Part shown: positions 32,517 to 42,004 of the stretch, one piece after another | Position numbering within the stretch: position 1 is the stretch's first letter | Layout of the letters: each line of letters opens with the position of its first letter | Virus record (IMG/VR): IMGVR_UViG_3300013004_000026 | Coordinates: 32,001-96,000 of that record | Length of the DNA: 64,000 nucleotides | Origin: a virus | Direction: 5' to 3' (one strand) | Made by a program: the position numbers and the translations under genes | The notes under the pieces: generated by a model | Database searches by the model: none | Seen by the model: only the letters and a program-made list of their open reading frames with translations | Told to the model about the DNA's origin: nothing

Positions 32517-32885
32517 TCATTCTTCAATTTCCTCTACTGGTTGGTTGGGGATGTTGTTAGAGTCTCCGTCCTGTGCAACAACAAATCCCAAGTCCAACAT
32601 GATTTTTTGTTCGTCCCAGGTACACCGAGGACGGAACACAAACAGCCGTAAAGTAAGGTTATCTTGGCTGTAGTAGATTCTATACCGCACTTGCTCTATA
32701 CCCAAAGACTCAGCCAGTTCCTGCAATGTGAATGTTTCAGGCCAATCCTCAGTTACACTAGCACGAGTCTTTTCAAAGTAGAAATCCAGCACTTGTGGCA
32801 CAGCAGAAGGGTTACCCCAAAATGCGTTTTGCTCACACCATGCAATCTTGCGGTCCAGCATTTTCACAGTGATTTCGTTGCTCAT
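32517..32885 (-). CDS. Hypothetical protein
   Basis: 122 aa, ATGA-coupled at both ends. Confidence 0.5.
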   Translation of the reverse strand: MSNEITVKMLDRKIAWCEQNAFWGNPSAVPQVLDFYFEKTRASVTEDWPETFTLQELAESLGIEQVRYRIYYSQDNLTLRLFVFRPRCTWDEQKIMLDLGFVVAQDGDSNNIPNQPVEEIEE

Positions 32886-33181
32886 TGTGTACGCAAGATC
32901 CGTGTTACATTAGCCACACGGAAACTACGCCATTCCATCTTGTCCAAGCACCACACACTCAAGGTTTCTGGCTTGTAGGGTTTGGTACTGTGATGTTCCT
33001 TCAAGGGCGCTGGTGGCAGCAGGCTACTGTCAAGAGTGCAGGGCATGGTACGAACTTCTCCATTTACTTTGGTAAAGGTAACTTCACACACACCGTGGCC
33101 TAGCATGCGTCGCAATTCTCGATTGCGACTATCCACATCAAGTTCTTCTGGTTGGTCGTTGTAAACAATTTCCATGCTCAT
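32882..33181 (-). CDS. WYL_2/Sm-like SH3 beta-barrel protein
   Basis: VCEVTFTKVNGEVRTMPCTL...VWCLDKMEWRSFRV motif. Confidence 0.75.
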   Translation of the reverse strand: MSMEIVYNDQPEELDVDSRNRELRRMLGHGVCEVTFTKVNGEVRTMPCTLDSSLLPPAPLKEHHSTKPYKPETLSVWCLDKMEWRSFRVANVTRILRTQ

Positions 33182-33411
33182 GATTTCAATTCCTTTAGTA
33201 TCATTTCTTTCGCACGATTATCTAGATCCTGTTCTTCAGCGGCTCGCATGAGCGGTGTCATTTCTTTTATGAAATCCAACACAGCCTCTTTGCCCTCGTC
33301 AGTCCAACGGCAGTAGCCTGCGCCTGAACTAGTGTAATAATAGAATCTCGTGTTACGGCTGAGTTCCTGGAGTCCACCGAACACTATGTCTTTGACTGCG
33401 TTCTTGTGCAT
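33178..33411 (-). CDS. Hypothetical protein (start re-assigned to 33411, MHKNAV)
   Basis: ATG 1 nt after the ligase stop; the longer ORF overlaps the ligase. Confidence 0.5.
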   Translation of the reverse strand: MHKNAVKDIVFGGLQELSRNTRFYYYTSSGAGYCRWTDEGKEAVLDFIKEMTPLMRAAEEQDLDNRAKEMILKELKS

Positions 33412-33412
33412 G

Positions 33413-34729
33413 TTAGATTTTTTCACCTTTTGCAAAACCGCGGAATCGAAGGAAGCGGGGAAACCGTAACGAGTATACTTCCTCACTATCTTGATTCCTA
33501 GTCGTTGCATCCGCGCGGATTTCGACCACCTGTCCGAGTACAGCCGTTTGATCTGACCAAATGTCCAGGCGTAGATCGTCAGTGAGACCAGATCCAACAT
33601 TAGTGCGGATTTTCTTGCCGTCGTCTGTGCCTTCGCAGATAAGAGCACCCAGGCGTCCTGCATTCTTGCCTGTACCTTCTTCCAGTCCAACCACAGTGAG
33701 ACTGACTTCCAGAAATGGCTTGCGCTTGAGCCAAGCAGTGGTGCGTTTGGTTTCATATGATGCATCCAGGTCCTTGATCATTATACCTTCGTAACCACCG
33801 CGAATGGCTTCAGCATTGATGTCTTTGAATCTTTGTTCACCTGCGGCAGTATCCAGATCCACAGTTTCGGAACCCAGCACTTGTATATTGGGTGTTGCGT
33901 CAGCCCGGGTGTCTTTCCAGTCTTGCAGTTTTTGCAATCGAGCTGTTTGTGCCACCTTGTACTTGCCCTGTTGAAATGCTGCCAGCGGCACAAGATCAAA
34001 CAAGTGCAGTACCGCATCATTGGCATTTACATTGCTCTTGCGATGCACCTGCTTCATAAGGTCCTGGAAACTGGAGCTCATTACTTCGCCATCAAATACC
34101 ATGGGCTCGGCAATGCCTGAGGCAGTTTGCTCAAACTGCGATTCAATATGCGGAAAGTTTACAAGTTCTTTACCATTGCGGCTGAAAAGATTGCAAGCAC
34201 CATTAGGATACACGATAGCCACAACCCGGACTCCGTCCAGTTTGACCTGAATGATTTTCTTACCGGTGATCTTGGATTCGTGGTTAGCGCCATCATGAGC
34301 CAGCTGGCAGCTAAAAACAGGAATGGTATACTTTTCATTTTGTTTGCCTACTACACTGTTTATGGTCTTTTCACTGACACCACAGCGCAGATCCTTGATC
34401 AGAATGCGTCGGTACCACGAGTTCCACTCTGCTTGCGTGGCACGATTGGCCAGTGCAGAGATGGTGTTCTGTGCGGCATTGCCGGTTAGTTTACGCTCGG
34501 CCAATTCCTGTGCCACTGCCCAGAAAGCATCTGCATGAAGACCTTCGCCGTCTGCGTTTGCAGTAGGCACCTTCTTTACACCAAAGGTGATCATGGCATC
34601 CAGTGCCGCACGAGCACCACGAAAAAATTCGTCGTTGCCTTCAGTCACAGTGCCTTGCACAATGGCCTCTTTGGCCAAGCGGCTGTTGTCTGCTTCTAGT
34701 TCTTGAATGATTTCCCAGGGCTTACGCAT
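33413..34729 (-). CDS. lig: ATP-dependent DNA ligase
   Basis: Motif I VKLDGVR, DGE, EGIMIK, WLKRK, GSG and SLRFPRF. Confidence 0.95.
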   Translation of the reverse strand: MRKPWEIIQELEADNSRLAKEAIVQGTVTEGNDEFFRGARAALDAMITFGVKKVPTANADGEGLHADAFWAVAQELAERKLTGNAAQNTISALANRATQAEWNSWYRRILIKDLRCGVSEKTINSVVGKQNEKYTIPVFSCQLAHDGANHESKITGKKIIQVKLDGVRVVAIVYPNGACNLFSRNGKELVNFPHIESQFEQTASGIAEPMVFDGEVMSSSFQDLMKQVHRKSNVNANDAVLHLFDLVPLAAFQQGKYKVAQTARLQKLQDWKDTRADATPNIQVLGSETVDLDTAAGEQRFKDINAEAIRGGYEGIMIKDLDASYETKRTTAWLKRKPFLEVSLTVVGLEEGTGKNAGRLGALICEGTDDGKKIRTNVGSGLTDDLRLDIWSDQTAVLGQVVEIRADATTRNQDSEEVYSLRFPRFLRFRGFAKGEKI

Positions 34730-35099
34730 TAGACTCTACCTCTTGAACATGGCGGCATGCACCGCGGAATTTGAAACCGGGACAAGTGCAAGTATACACT
34801 GAACCATCTTTTTCTACAACATATTCGGCGCCTTTGCTACCTGCCACACGCCAGGTTGGATTGACTGTGACAGGAATCACATCCTCCAGATCCGTCCATT
34901 TGTAGATGTCGTTGCGCACTTCTACAAATTTGCGACCCCTGGTGTCAATTTGAATTGGCTTGCAGAATGTCTGTGTGTCGCTGGGATTACCAAATCGAGC
35001 ATACGCATACATCTTGTTCTTGCTGTCATCCATCCAATACACATGGTTGCAGTTGAACTCTGTGTCTGCCCAGTTGGTAATTTCCAAAAATGCTTTCAT
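34722..35099 (-). CDS. SWIM zinc-finger protein (start re-assigned to 35099)
   Basis: GSKGAEYVV...CTCPGFKFRGACRH (CxCx7CxH). Confidence 0.8.
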   Translation of the reverse strand: MKAFLEITNWADTEFNCNHVYWMDDSKNKMYAYARFGNPSDTQTFCKPIQIDTRGRKFVEVRNDIYKWTDLEDVIPVTVNPTWRVAGSKGAEYVVEKDGSVYTCTCPGFKFRGACRHVQEVESNA

Positions 35100-35482
35100 T
35101 ACTTGACCAAGGCGTAGTTTTTGTTCCACTGACCAATACTCAGGTGAGTGTAGAACGCGGTGTGAAAGTAGTCGGTCATTGCATCCGACTCATCAAAGTA
35201 AACACGACCACCTGCACGACCCGGTGCATTGTGCATGATCTCGTTGATTTTGTTTAGTGCAACACGAGCCTCAAGACTGGTCCAGTGGTCGTTGATCCAG
35301 TACTGGTTAACCTGGGTGTAACCGTTGTGCAGGTTCTCGCTGAAGTCCACAGTGCCCTGCAGGATGCTCACATCCACGCTGAGGCTACCGGAGCCTTTGC
35401 GGACGCCGAACTTCCAGTTGGGAAAAGCCTGCTTGAGTTCGGTACGAATTGCTTTGACATCGTCTGCGGAAATGTAAGCCAT
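35099..35482 (-). CDS. Early protein, LPD29-like (large polyvalent protein domain)
   Basis: AIRTELKQAFPNWKFGVR...DESDAMTDYF; directly downstream of an early promoter. Confidence 0.55.
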   Translation of the reverse strand: MAYISADDVKAIRTELKQAFPNWKFGVRKGSGSLSVDVSILQGTVDFSENLHNGYTQVNQYWINDHWTSLEARVALNKINEIMHNAPGRAGGRVYFDESDAMTDYFHTAFYTHLSIGQWNKNYALVK

Positions 35483-35490
35483 TTGGAACG

Positions 35491-35547
35491 CTCCTTTTGT
35501 TTAACTTAGCCTATAGTATAGCAAAATGGACCATTTGGGTCAACCGT
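35491..35547 (-). promoter_or_regulatory. Sigma70-type early promoter cassette (copy 1)
   Basis: TTGACC (35543-35538), 17 bp spacer, TATACT (35520-35515), then the conserved leader ATAGGCTAAGTTAAACAAAAGGAG. Confidence 0.85.
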
Positions 35548-35565
35548 TTTAATAGTCTGCTAGTA

Positions 35566-35937
35566 TCATGCAGCCTTTCTAAAATAACCGTAGGGCAAGC
35601 CCACGCAAAAACAAAAATAGTCGTCGTCGCCTGTAGCGCCTTCGGCATCCATCAACCAAGCAATCACACGCTCGCGGGTGGTACCAGGGTGCATGAGATT
35701 GGCAACGCGATTTTCGAACTCAACAATGGCGCGAGCCTCGGCTTCACGGCGAGCAATGTTTTCTTGCTCAATCACACGACCCAGGCTTGCAAACTCCTGG
35801 TCGAAGTCCTCGAGGGTCCAAGTGGAAGTGTCCACACCGCGGGGGCGAACGCCATAGGCATCCTTGTACATGTCCCAATACATGCATTGGGCTTGCTCAA
35901 GAGCAGACAACTCTTCCCAACTTTTGAACTGTTCCAT
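35566..35937 (-). CDS. Early hypothetical protein
   Basis: WDMYKDAYGVRPRG motif; has its own promoter and AAGGAG SD. Confidence 0.6.
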   Translation of the reverse strand: MEQFKSWEELSALEQAQCMYWDMYKDAYGVRPRGVDTSTWTLEDFDQEFASLGRVIEQENIARREAEARAIVEFENRVANLMHPGTTRERVIAWLMDAEGATGDDDYFCFCVGLPYGYFRKAA

Positions 35938-35967
35938 CTTGGCTCCTTATCACTTAATATACTTCGT

Positions 35968-35996
35968 ATTATAGACAAAATGGGCTTTTAGGTCAA
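35968..35996 (-). promoter_or_regulatory. Sigma70-type early promoter
   Basis: TTGACC-17bp-TATAAT. Confidence 0.8.
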
Positions 35997-36050
35997 CCGT
36001 TTTTAAGGGGGCTAAAACCCGCATAAATGCTAGAGTTTTTTGTTGCTTTT

Positions 36051-36500
36051 TTACAACAAAAAGTATGCTCCTGCGCCAGCCCAACAAACCAGCCCAACAG
36101 GATGGCGCAGTGCCACAGCCCAATCTGCTTGGCTGGGCAAGCTCTGCGCCAGCACAGCAGCCAAGCACCAAATAGCAAAAAGTTTGCCCCAAAAATCTTC
36201 TATGCCTTGTACAAAAGGCCAGGCCAGCAGAGCCAGTGGAATAGCCAGCAAAGGTGCCAGAGCAGTGGGTGCGGCATTGAAGGTATTGAAGTTTTCAAAG
36301 CTCACACTGCCGTAGGTCACATGATCTGATCCATATGAAGGCACCACATTAAAATTGTATGGGCGGGCACCCAACAGCTTGCCAATGATCCAGTGCAAGG
36401 ATTCATGCACAATCGTGCCCGGCAGTGCCACGAACCAAAAGGTAGAACTATGCCGTGTTGCAAAAATTGCAAGTGCTACCAAAATGATGAATAGAGTCAT
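36051..36500 (-). CDS. Membrane-embedded HExxH metalloprotease-like protein (M50B-like)
   Basis: PGTIVHESLH, ALAP and PSQAD motifs; several TM helices; promoter TTGACA-17-TACAAT at 36558-36530. Confidence 0.6.
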   Translation of the reverse strand: MTLFIILVALAIFATRHSSTFWFVALPGTIVHESLHWIIGKLLGARPYNFNVVPSYGSDHVTYGSVSFENFNTFNAAPTALAPLLAIPLALLAWPFVQGIEDFWGKLFAIWCLAAVLAQSLPSQADWAVALRHPVGLVCWAGAGAYFLL

Positions 36501-36560
36501 GTTTGGACATTTGAATTGAACATGCTTGTATTGTAGATAAAGATGGAATTTGTGTCAACC

Positions 36561-36590
36561 AAAAAAAATCCCCCTTGCGGAGGATTTTTG
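36561..36590 (-). terminator. Rho-independent terminator after pqqA
   Basis: AAAAATCC(C)CC-TTGC-GGAGGATTTTT hairpin with A/T tracts. Confidence 0.7.
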
Positions 36591-36605
36591 GGTGTTAATT
36601 AAAAA

Positions 36606-36680
36606 TTAACGATTTGCGATATACATAGTGATCTCAAAACCGAAACTCATATCTTGAGCAGCTGGTGTAGTCCATGCCAT
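36606..36680 (-). CDS. pqqA: Pyrroloquinoline quinone precursor peptide PqqA (24 aa, below the ORF-track cutoff)
   Basis: Manual translation MAWTTPAAQDMSFGFEITMYIANR with the E-x-x-x-Y core; AAGGAG SD; TATAAT upstream; terminator downstream. Confidence 0.92.
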   Translation of the reverse strand: MAWTTPAAQDMSFGFEITMYIANR

Positions 36681-36800
36681 GGTGATTCTCCTTGTTAAGT
36701 TGACACATACATGTCTAATGTATGTATGAAAATTATACAACATGTTGCAGTGCAATCATATCCATAAAGTCATGATTTTCGCCTACAGAATTTCTGTAGG

Positions 36801-37217
36801 CTACTGAGCAATGTATTTGGTCAGATCACCCAACTCTTTGTAGCCTTTGTAGGTTGGGTGAACACCATCTGCACTGATGTTCTTTTCTGGACGAGGAATA
36901 ACTGTGTCTCCAAAATCCTGTGCAACCCATTTTACAGCTCGTACCTGTTCGGGCTTGAGTCGTTGACTGGGCAGCAGCCATAACACTCGATCGGCCTGAA
37001 CCCGAGATCTTAGGGTGCGAAGGTTTTGTTCTGTGTTTACTCCAAGATCGTTAGCACCCAGACTAATAATGAGTGTTTTGGTTGGCTTCAACTTATCAAG
37101 ATGTTGCTTGTTCCAGTTGCTGGAATTGATACCGCTTTTGGCAATGGCCTGACATTCTGGTCGTACCTGGCTTACTCCTACTGCAATACTGTCTCCAACA
37201 ATCAAACATTCTAACAT
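36801..37217 (-). CDS. SGNH/GDSL hydrolase
   Basis: GDSI, SLGAND and DGVHP blocks. Confidence 0.85.
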   Translation of the reverse strand: MLECLIVGDSIAVGVSQVRPECQAIAKSGINSSNWNKQHLDKLKPTKTLIISLGANDLGVNTEQNLRTLRSRVQADRVLWLLPSQRLKPEQVRAVKWVAQDFGDTVIPRPEKNISADGVHPTYKGYKELGDLTKYIAQ

Positions 37218-37228
37218 AACTCCTCCTG

Positions 37229-37747
37229 TTAATTGGCTACCACTCGTGAGACACTGGTCATTACCGCAGCAATGCGGCCAATGTCTCTCAATTGCTCCAC
37301 ACTGTAACCCATCTTCTTAAGCCCACTGTAATGAGATTTCACACAGAAGTGACACTTGCCCACAATGCTGGCAGCTAGACTATAAGCTTCAAAACGCTCT
37401 TTGGTAGTGCCTCCGTGAGTGGAAATGGCATTCATGCGCAGTTGGGCAGGCAAGCCTTCTAGTTGGGGGTCGTCGGTCATTTCCACATAGGGATACCACA
37501 CATTGTTTTGTGCCATCAGCGCACCTGCTGTGAGTGCTGCCTGTGCTTCTGTGCGGTTGGCAATCTGACTGTCAATCCAGGTCCATAGCTTGCTGTTGCC
37601 GGTTGCAAAAGCCGCAGCCAAGGCCACAGCTTCTGCTTCTTCCACGGGCAAAGTGCTGCGTTTGATCACAGCATCTAAGTTGAGCTTGGTGTCCTTGGCA
37701 TACTCAGGTATGCTGGCTTCTTTTAATGCATCAACCCAGGCAGTCAT
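37229..37747 (-). CDS. ahpD: Alkylhydroperoxidase AhpD (start re-assigned to 37747)
   Basis: IPEYAKDTKLNL, MAQNNVWY and LAASIVGKCHFCVKSH (CxxC); coupled to ahpC. Confidence 0.92.
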   Translation of the reverse strand: MTAWVDALKEASIPEYAKDTKLNLDAVIKRSTLPVEEAEAVALAAAFATGNSKLWTWIDSQIANRTEAQAALTAGALMAQNNVWYPYVEMTDDPQLEGLPAQLRMNAISTHGGTTKERFEAYSLAASIVGKCHFCVKSHYSGLKKMGYSVEQLRDIGRIAAVMTSVSRVVAN

Positions 37748-38292
37748 TATAGTGTTTCTCCACCAATGGGACGGCTGCATGGGCACAGTTCGCCAGTCTG
37801 CAGAGCATCCAAGATGCGCAGAGTTTCGTCTGGGTTACGGCCCACATCCAGATTGTTCACAGTCACATGCTGAATAACATTGTCTGGGTCAACAACAAAA
37901 GTAGCACGAAGTGCCGCGCCTGCTGGCTCATAAAAAATGCCTAGCTGGTCGGCCAAACTCAGCTCACCGCGAGCCACATCTGCAAAACTCCAGCTGCTGG
38001 TCTTCTTCAAATCGTCATGCGCATTGCGCCAGGCCAGCTTGCAGAATTCATTGTCAGTTGAGCCAATCAAGAGCACAGCATCGCGGTCTTCAAAATCCTG
38101 GCGCAGTTTGTCGTAAGCCACGATTTCAGTTGGGCACACAAAAGTAAAATCTTTTGGGTAGTACACAATAATTTTCCATTTGCCTTCAAAACTTTTTTCA
38201 GTAATGGTCTCGAAAGCATTGTCTGGCGTGAGAGCACCAGGTTTTACGCCGGTAACGGCAAAAGGTTGGATTTTATCTCCAATGGTTTTCAT
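37747..38292 (-). CDS. ahpC: Peroxiredoxin AhpC
   Basis: YPKDFTFVCPTE, GRNPDE and ELCPC motifs. Confidence 0.95.
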   Translation of the reverse strand: MKTIGDKIQPFAVTGVKPGALTPDNAFETITEKSFEGKWKIIVYYPKDFTFVCPTEIVAYDKLRQDFEDRDAVLLIGSTDNEFCKLAWRNAHDDLKKTSSWSFADVARGELSLADQLGIFYEPAGAALRATFVVDPDNVIQHVTVNNLDVGRNPDETLRILDALQTGELCPCSRPIGGETL

Positions 38293-38318
38293 TTGATTTC
38301 TCCTAAGGTTAAAATGAA

Positions 38319-38678
38319 TTATTTCTGTGATTTACAATTTGGGCAGATCAGTTGAAGATTGTCTTCACGGCTGTTGTAACTGTCACCGTCTAGGTAGTCA
38401 ACTACCAATGGTGCCGGATGGCCGAGCCACTCTGGCCATTCAGTGATACCACATACTTCACATTTGTGACCGCGTTCTTGAATCAGGTACTTCTTGACCC
38501 AGTCCGGAACTTGGCGCCAAGCCATGGGCTCTTTGCCTTCTTTCCATTCACGCACTAGACTACGGCTACGATACTGAGCTTGGCAACTGTTGTTGCAAAA
38601 CTTGTTGGTATAGCTGTGTCCTTTGATGGCATTGTTCTTGCCGCAGTTCAAACATGTAAAACAACCAAAACTTGACAT
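38319..38678 (-). CDS. HNH-like zinc-binding protein, probably catalytically degenerate
   Basis: CLNC...FCNNSC, CEVC, DYLDG...NLQLICPNCK; the usual His positions are Y and K. Confidence 0.65.
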   Translation of the reverse strand: MSSFGCFTCLNCGKNNAIKGHSYTNKFCNNSCQAQYRSRSLVREWKEGKEPMAWRQVPDWVKKYLIQERGHKCEVCGITEWPEWLGHPAPLVVDYLDGDSYNSREDNLQLICPNCKSQK

Positions 38679-38951
38679 TCACCCCTCACTTGGTAGAGCT
38701 ATTGTAAAAGCACTATGTAAATATTTACTGCTCTATTGTGTGCAATTATATACGCTTAGAACAGGAAAGTAAATGCTTTTGGTAAAATAAAAAAGCCCTT
38801 AGGCGCCTTTGTTATGAGTCACAGTTGACTGGATAAATATGTTTGAGACTAGTTAAAGCAACTTGTTCGCCGTTAGGCCATCACGCTATGTAATGTAGGA
38901 GCCAATTGATCTAAATAGTTTCCGAATAAAATCATTTATAAGGAAACTATC

Positions 38952-39425
38952 ATGAGAAAAACTATTCTCGCAAGTGCCATTGGCATGTTAGTACTAACTG
39001 GGTGTGCCAGTGGTCCTAGCAACTATCAAAAATACGCAGACACACAACGACAAATCGCCGAAGCTCGCGCCAAAGCTGAAATTGCAAGATATGAGGCTTT
39101 AGGAAAAATTGCCAACCAAGGCGATTCTACCACTCGAGTGGCCGCAGTGATTGCTTTACAACAAGGTGCACCACAAAGCAATCACAGTCCTGGTCTACAG
39201 CAACCGACTAGTACAGGTGACATAGCTCTTCGTTGGGCTAGCTTGCTGGTGCCTAGTCTTACTCAATTTTACAGTATTAGTAAAAATACTGATCTTGCCA
39301 TAGTCAACAGCAACAACAGCAAAGACATTGCCATTAACTCCAACGAAACTATGTTGGGGTTTGGTAAACTTATTGTTGATCCTGTGATTGGAACATCAAG
39401 CGATGTTCTATTGCATCCTCAATAA
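38952..39425 (+). CDS. Lipoprotein
   Basis: Signal peptide with lipobox LTGC; AGGA SD; TAAATA upstream. Confidence 0.75.
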   Translation: MRKTILASAIGMLVLTGCASGPSNYQKYADTQRQIAEARAKAEIARYEALGKIANQGDSTTRVAAVIALQQGAPQSNHSPGLQQPTSTGDIALRWASLLVPSLTQFYSISKNTDLAIVNSNNSKDIAINSNETMLGFGKLIVDPVIGTSSDVLLHPQ

Positions 39426-39427
39426 AG

Positions 39428-39452
39428 AAAAGGCCCTATTGGGCCTTTATTT
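39428..39452. terminator. Bidirectional terminator between convergent genes
   Basis: AAAAGGCCC-TATT-GGGCCTTT. Confidence 0.7.
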
Positions 39453-39466
39453 CATGCTCTGTTAGA

Positions 39467-40024
39467 TTAGAACTTGAAACCAACGCTGACATTGGTTGCA
39501 TTGTATTCGCTGTCGCCGCGCACACGATCGTAGCCTAGACCAACAAAGTAGTTCTTGGTAATGGCATACTCAGCACCCAACCGATATGTACGGGTGGTGT
39601 CAGCATTTGCGCTGTCCATGGCAGCTCTATAACGATAGCCGGCCTTGACACTGATTACAGGAGTAACTGCATACTTGACGCCTGGTTCAACTGAGTAGTA
39701 GCTGTAGTTGGTGCTAGTCTTGAACTTCTCACCAACTGCACCACGGCCATACAAGCTGAGACCTGTACCGCCAACTGCCTGGGTGGCTGTTAAGCCGGCT
39801 TCCAGTCGTGTGTCGCTGAGATCGTTATCAGTGTTGGTCTTTTGACGAAGGCTGACATCAGCCTTCAACAGTTGATTGATATCTGTGCCCATGGTAACTT
39901 TGGTAGCACGAGCATCCGCTGCACCATTTACGCCATCACGGCCGCTGTACTCAACAGAACCAAATCCGCCAGCAAAAGCGGTACCTGCGGCCAATAGAGC
40001 GGCCAATGCTAAAAGTTTCTTCAT
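39467..40024 (-). CDS. Outer-membrane beta-barrel/porin-like protein (copy 1)
   Basis: Signal peptide (AFA), amphipathic beta strands, C-terminal VGFKF BAM signal, YYSVEPGV motif. Confidence 0.8.
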   Translation of the reverse strand: MKKLLALAALLAAGTAFAGGFGSVEYSGRDGVNGAADARATKVTMGTDINQLLKADVSLRQKTNTDNDLSDTRLEAGLTATQAVGGTGLSLYGRGAVGEKFKTSTNYSYYSVEPGVKYAVTPVISVKAGYRYRAAMDSANADTTRTYRLGAEYAITKNYFVGLGYDRVRGDSEYNATNVSVGFKF

Positions 40025-40093
40025 TCTATGTTTCCTCTTGAAAGTTGAAATGACAAATTGTTGTCATGCAGCATTATATATGAATGACATACA

Positions 40094-41098
40094 CTAGGTC
40101 AATGTTTTAGTTACCAAATTGTTTTGGAAGATTTCCCATGCTCGTTCCCAACTCCAACGCCCACTGCCTTCCCAAACTTGTTTGCGATCTAGCATGAGTG
40201 CATCTTTTACAGCCTGTTTCAAATCATTGTTTAGACAACCGGTTATACCTTCGTCCACAACATCCTCTGGCCCTTGACAAGGATAGGCTGCTACAGGTGT
40301 GCCGCAGGCCATGGCCTCGATCATGACAATACCAAATGTTTCCCACTGGCTAGGAAACACAAACACTTCTGCATTGGCATAGTATCGAGCCAGGTCCACA
40401 CCAGTCTTGTAGCCAGTGAAATGCACATCTGGATATTGCTTCTTGTATGTTTCCAGCATAGGGCCATCGCCTACCATGACTTTCAAATAGCCTGGATAGT
40501 CCATTTCAAAAAATGCTTCAAGATTCTTTTCTTTGCTAACACGACTCACGCACAAGAGATAGCGACTCACAGTTTCCACACGATGCACAGGATGAAATAT
40601 CTCACGATCAACACCTCGAGTCCAAGACACAATCTCGCCGTCAAAACCATGATCTCGCAGTTCCTGCACCATTGTGTCTGTTGTGGTCAATACCTTGCCC
40701 GAGTGTTTGTGAAACCAACGCACTAGAGGCCAAGTAAGGGCCTCAGGGATACCAAATAGTTTTCTAAGTCCTTCTGGAAACTTAGTATGATAAGCAGTAT
40801 TGTAGCGATAACCGTGTTTGTCAAGATATTGTCTAACACGCAAACCCACAGGACCTTCGGTGGCGATATGGATATAATCCGGATTGATCTCCTCAAGTAT
40901 CTGGCCCACCTTCCTGGGAAAGGCAATCTTGACTTCGTTGTAGCCAGGGCAATCAACATAGCGGAACCGCCCGGGATCAAGATATACAACACGATAGTTG
41001 TCCCGAATCGCACACGCCTCAATATTTTTGTAGGTTGTAACCACACCATTGATCTGGTCCTGTAAATTGTCGGTTACTATGAGTATTGTCTTTTGCAT
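40094..41098 (-). CDS. GT4 glycosyltransferase, Agt-like (diacylglycerol glycosyltransferase candidate)
   Basis: ILIVTD...QINGVV, HIATEGPVG, YHTKFPE, RVSKEKN and ETFGIVMIEAMACGTPV motifs. Confidence 0.85.
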   Translation of the reverse strand: MQKTILIVTDNLQDQINGVVTTYKNIEACAIRDNYRVVYLDPGRFRYVDCPGYNEVKIAFPRKVGQILEEINPDYIHIATEGPVGLRVRQYLDKHGYRYNTAYHTKFPEGLRKLFGIPEALTWPLVRWFHKHSGKVLTTTDTMVQELRDHGFDGEIVSWTRGVDREIFHPVHRVETVSRYLLCVSRVSKEKNLEAFFEMDYPGYLKVMVGDGPMLETYKKQYPDVHFTGYKTGVDLARYYANAEVFVFPSQWETFGIVMIEAMACGTPVAAYPCQGPEDVVDEGITGCLNNDLKQAVKDALMLDRKQVWEGSGRWSWERAWEIFQNNLVTKTLT

Positions 41099-41182
41099 TC
41101 TGCCACTACCTTGAATGATTCAAATTTTAACCAATAGGTCAAACTGTTTCGAGCACGCTCGCATGCCTGTTGAGTTTCAAAT

Positions 41183-42004
41183 TCAATTTGTACTCTGCCT
41201 GGGATGTCGTTTGGGTCTTTGCTGTGTATCGCTAGTATTATCAACAACCACATTGTCGTTCTCCCGAGTCCATGTGACAATCTCCCAATTGCCATTGTGA
41301 TGCTCCACAAGAGCTGTCATTGATTCCACCCAGTCACCGTCGTTCATGTAAACAATTCCATCTATCTGTTTGATCTCAGCATGATGTATGTGTCCACAGA
41401 TCACACCATCAAAACCGCGCTTTTTGCAATAGGCAGCAAGATTGACCTCAAATTGAAAAATAAAGTCAACGGCTTTTTTTACGCGGTGCTTAAGAAAACC
41501 GCTAAGACTAAAATACCCATAACCAATTCTATGTAAGAACCAATTGAACTTATTATTAACTGATAAGATGAAATCATACGCTTTGTCTCCTAAAAATGAC
41601 AGCCAGGGTGCCAGCCTTGTGATACCATCAAACAAATCACCATGAACCACTAGATAGTGTTTGGTATCTGCTCCGATGTGTTCGCATTGATTGACCACTT
41701 CTACCATGCCAAAACCAATACCATAAGGTATGAGTGGTCTGAGAAATTCATCGTGATTGCCGGCCACATATACCACTCGCGTACCACGCTTGGCATGACC
41801 CAATATGCGGCGAATCACATTGGTATGACTCTGTTTCCACCGCCATTTGTTTTGTTGTATCTTCCAGGCGTCAATGATGTCGCCCACGAGATACAGTGTT
41901 TCACAGGTATTGTGTTTGAGAAAATTGTTTAGTGCCTCGGCCTTGCAGTCCTTGGTGCCAAGATGAACATCTGAAATAAAAATACTGCGATAGGTTTTCT
42001 GCAT
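41183..42004 (-). CDS. PlcP-like phospholipase C / LpxH-like metallophosphoesterase (start re-assigned to 42004)
   Basis: YRSIFISDVHLG, LVGDIID, GNHD, HGDLFD, ICGHIH and NDGDWVES motifs; lies next to the GT4 gene, as in plcP-agt. Confidence 0.8.
   Translation of the reverse strand: MQKTYRSIFISDVHLGTKDCKAEALNNFLKHNTCETLYLVGDIIDAWKIQQNKWRWKQSHTNVIRRILGHAKRGTRVVYVAGNHDEFLRPLIPYGIGFGMVEVVNQCEHIGADTKHYLVVHGDLFDGITRLAPWLSFLGDKAYDFILSVNNKFNWFLHRIGYGYFSLSGFLKHRVKKAVDFIFQFEVNLAAYCKKRGFDGVICGHIHHAEIKQIDGIVYMNDGDWVESMTALVEHHNGNWEIVTWTRENDNVVVDNTSDTQQRPKRHPRQSTN

Noticed and set aside
33412-33765. N-terminal extension of ORF 33178-33765
   Set aside because: It overlaps the ligase C-terminus, and an ATG at 33411 follows the ligase stop directly.
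38845-38925. Twister or pistol ribozyme resemblance
   Set aside because: The required conserved cores and pseudoknot pairings could not be found by eye.
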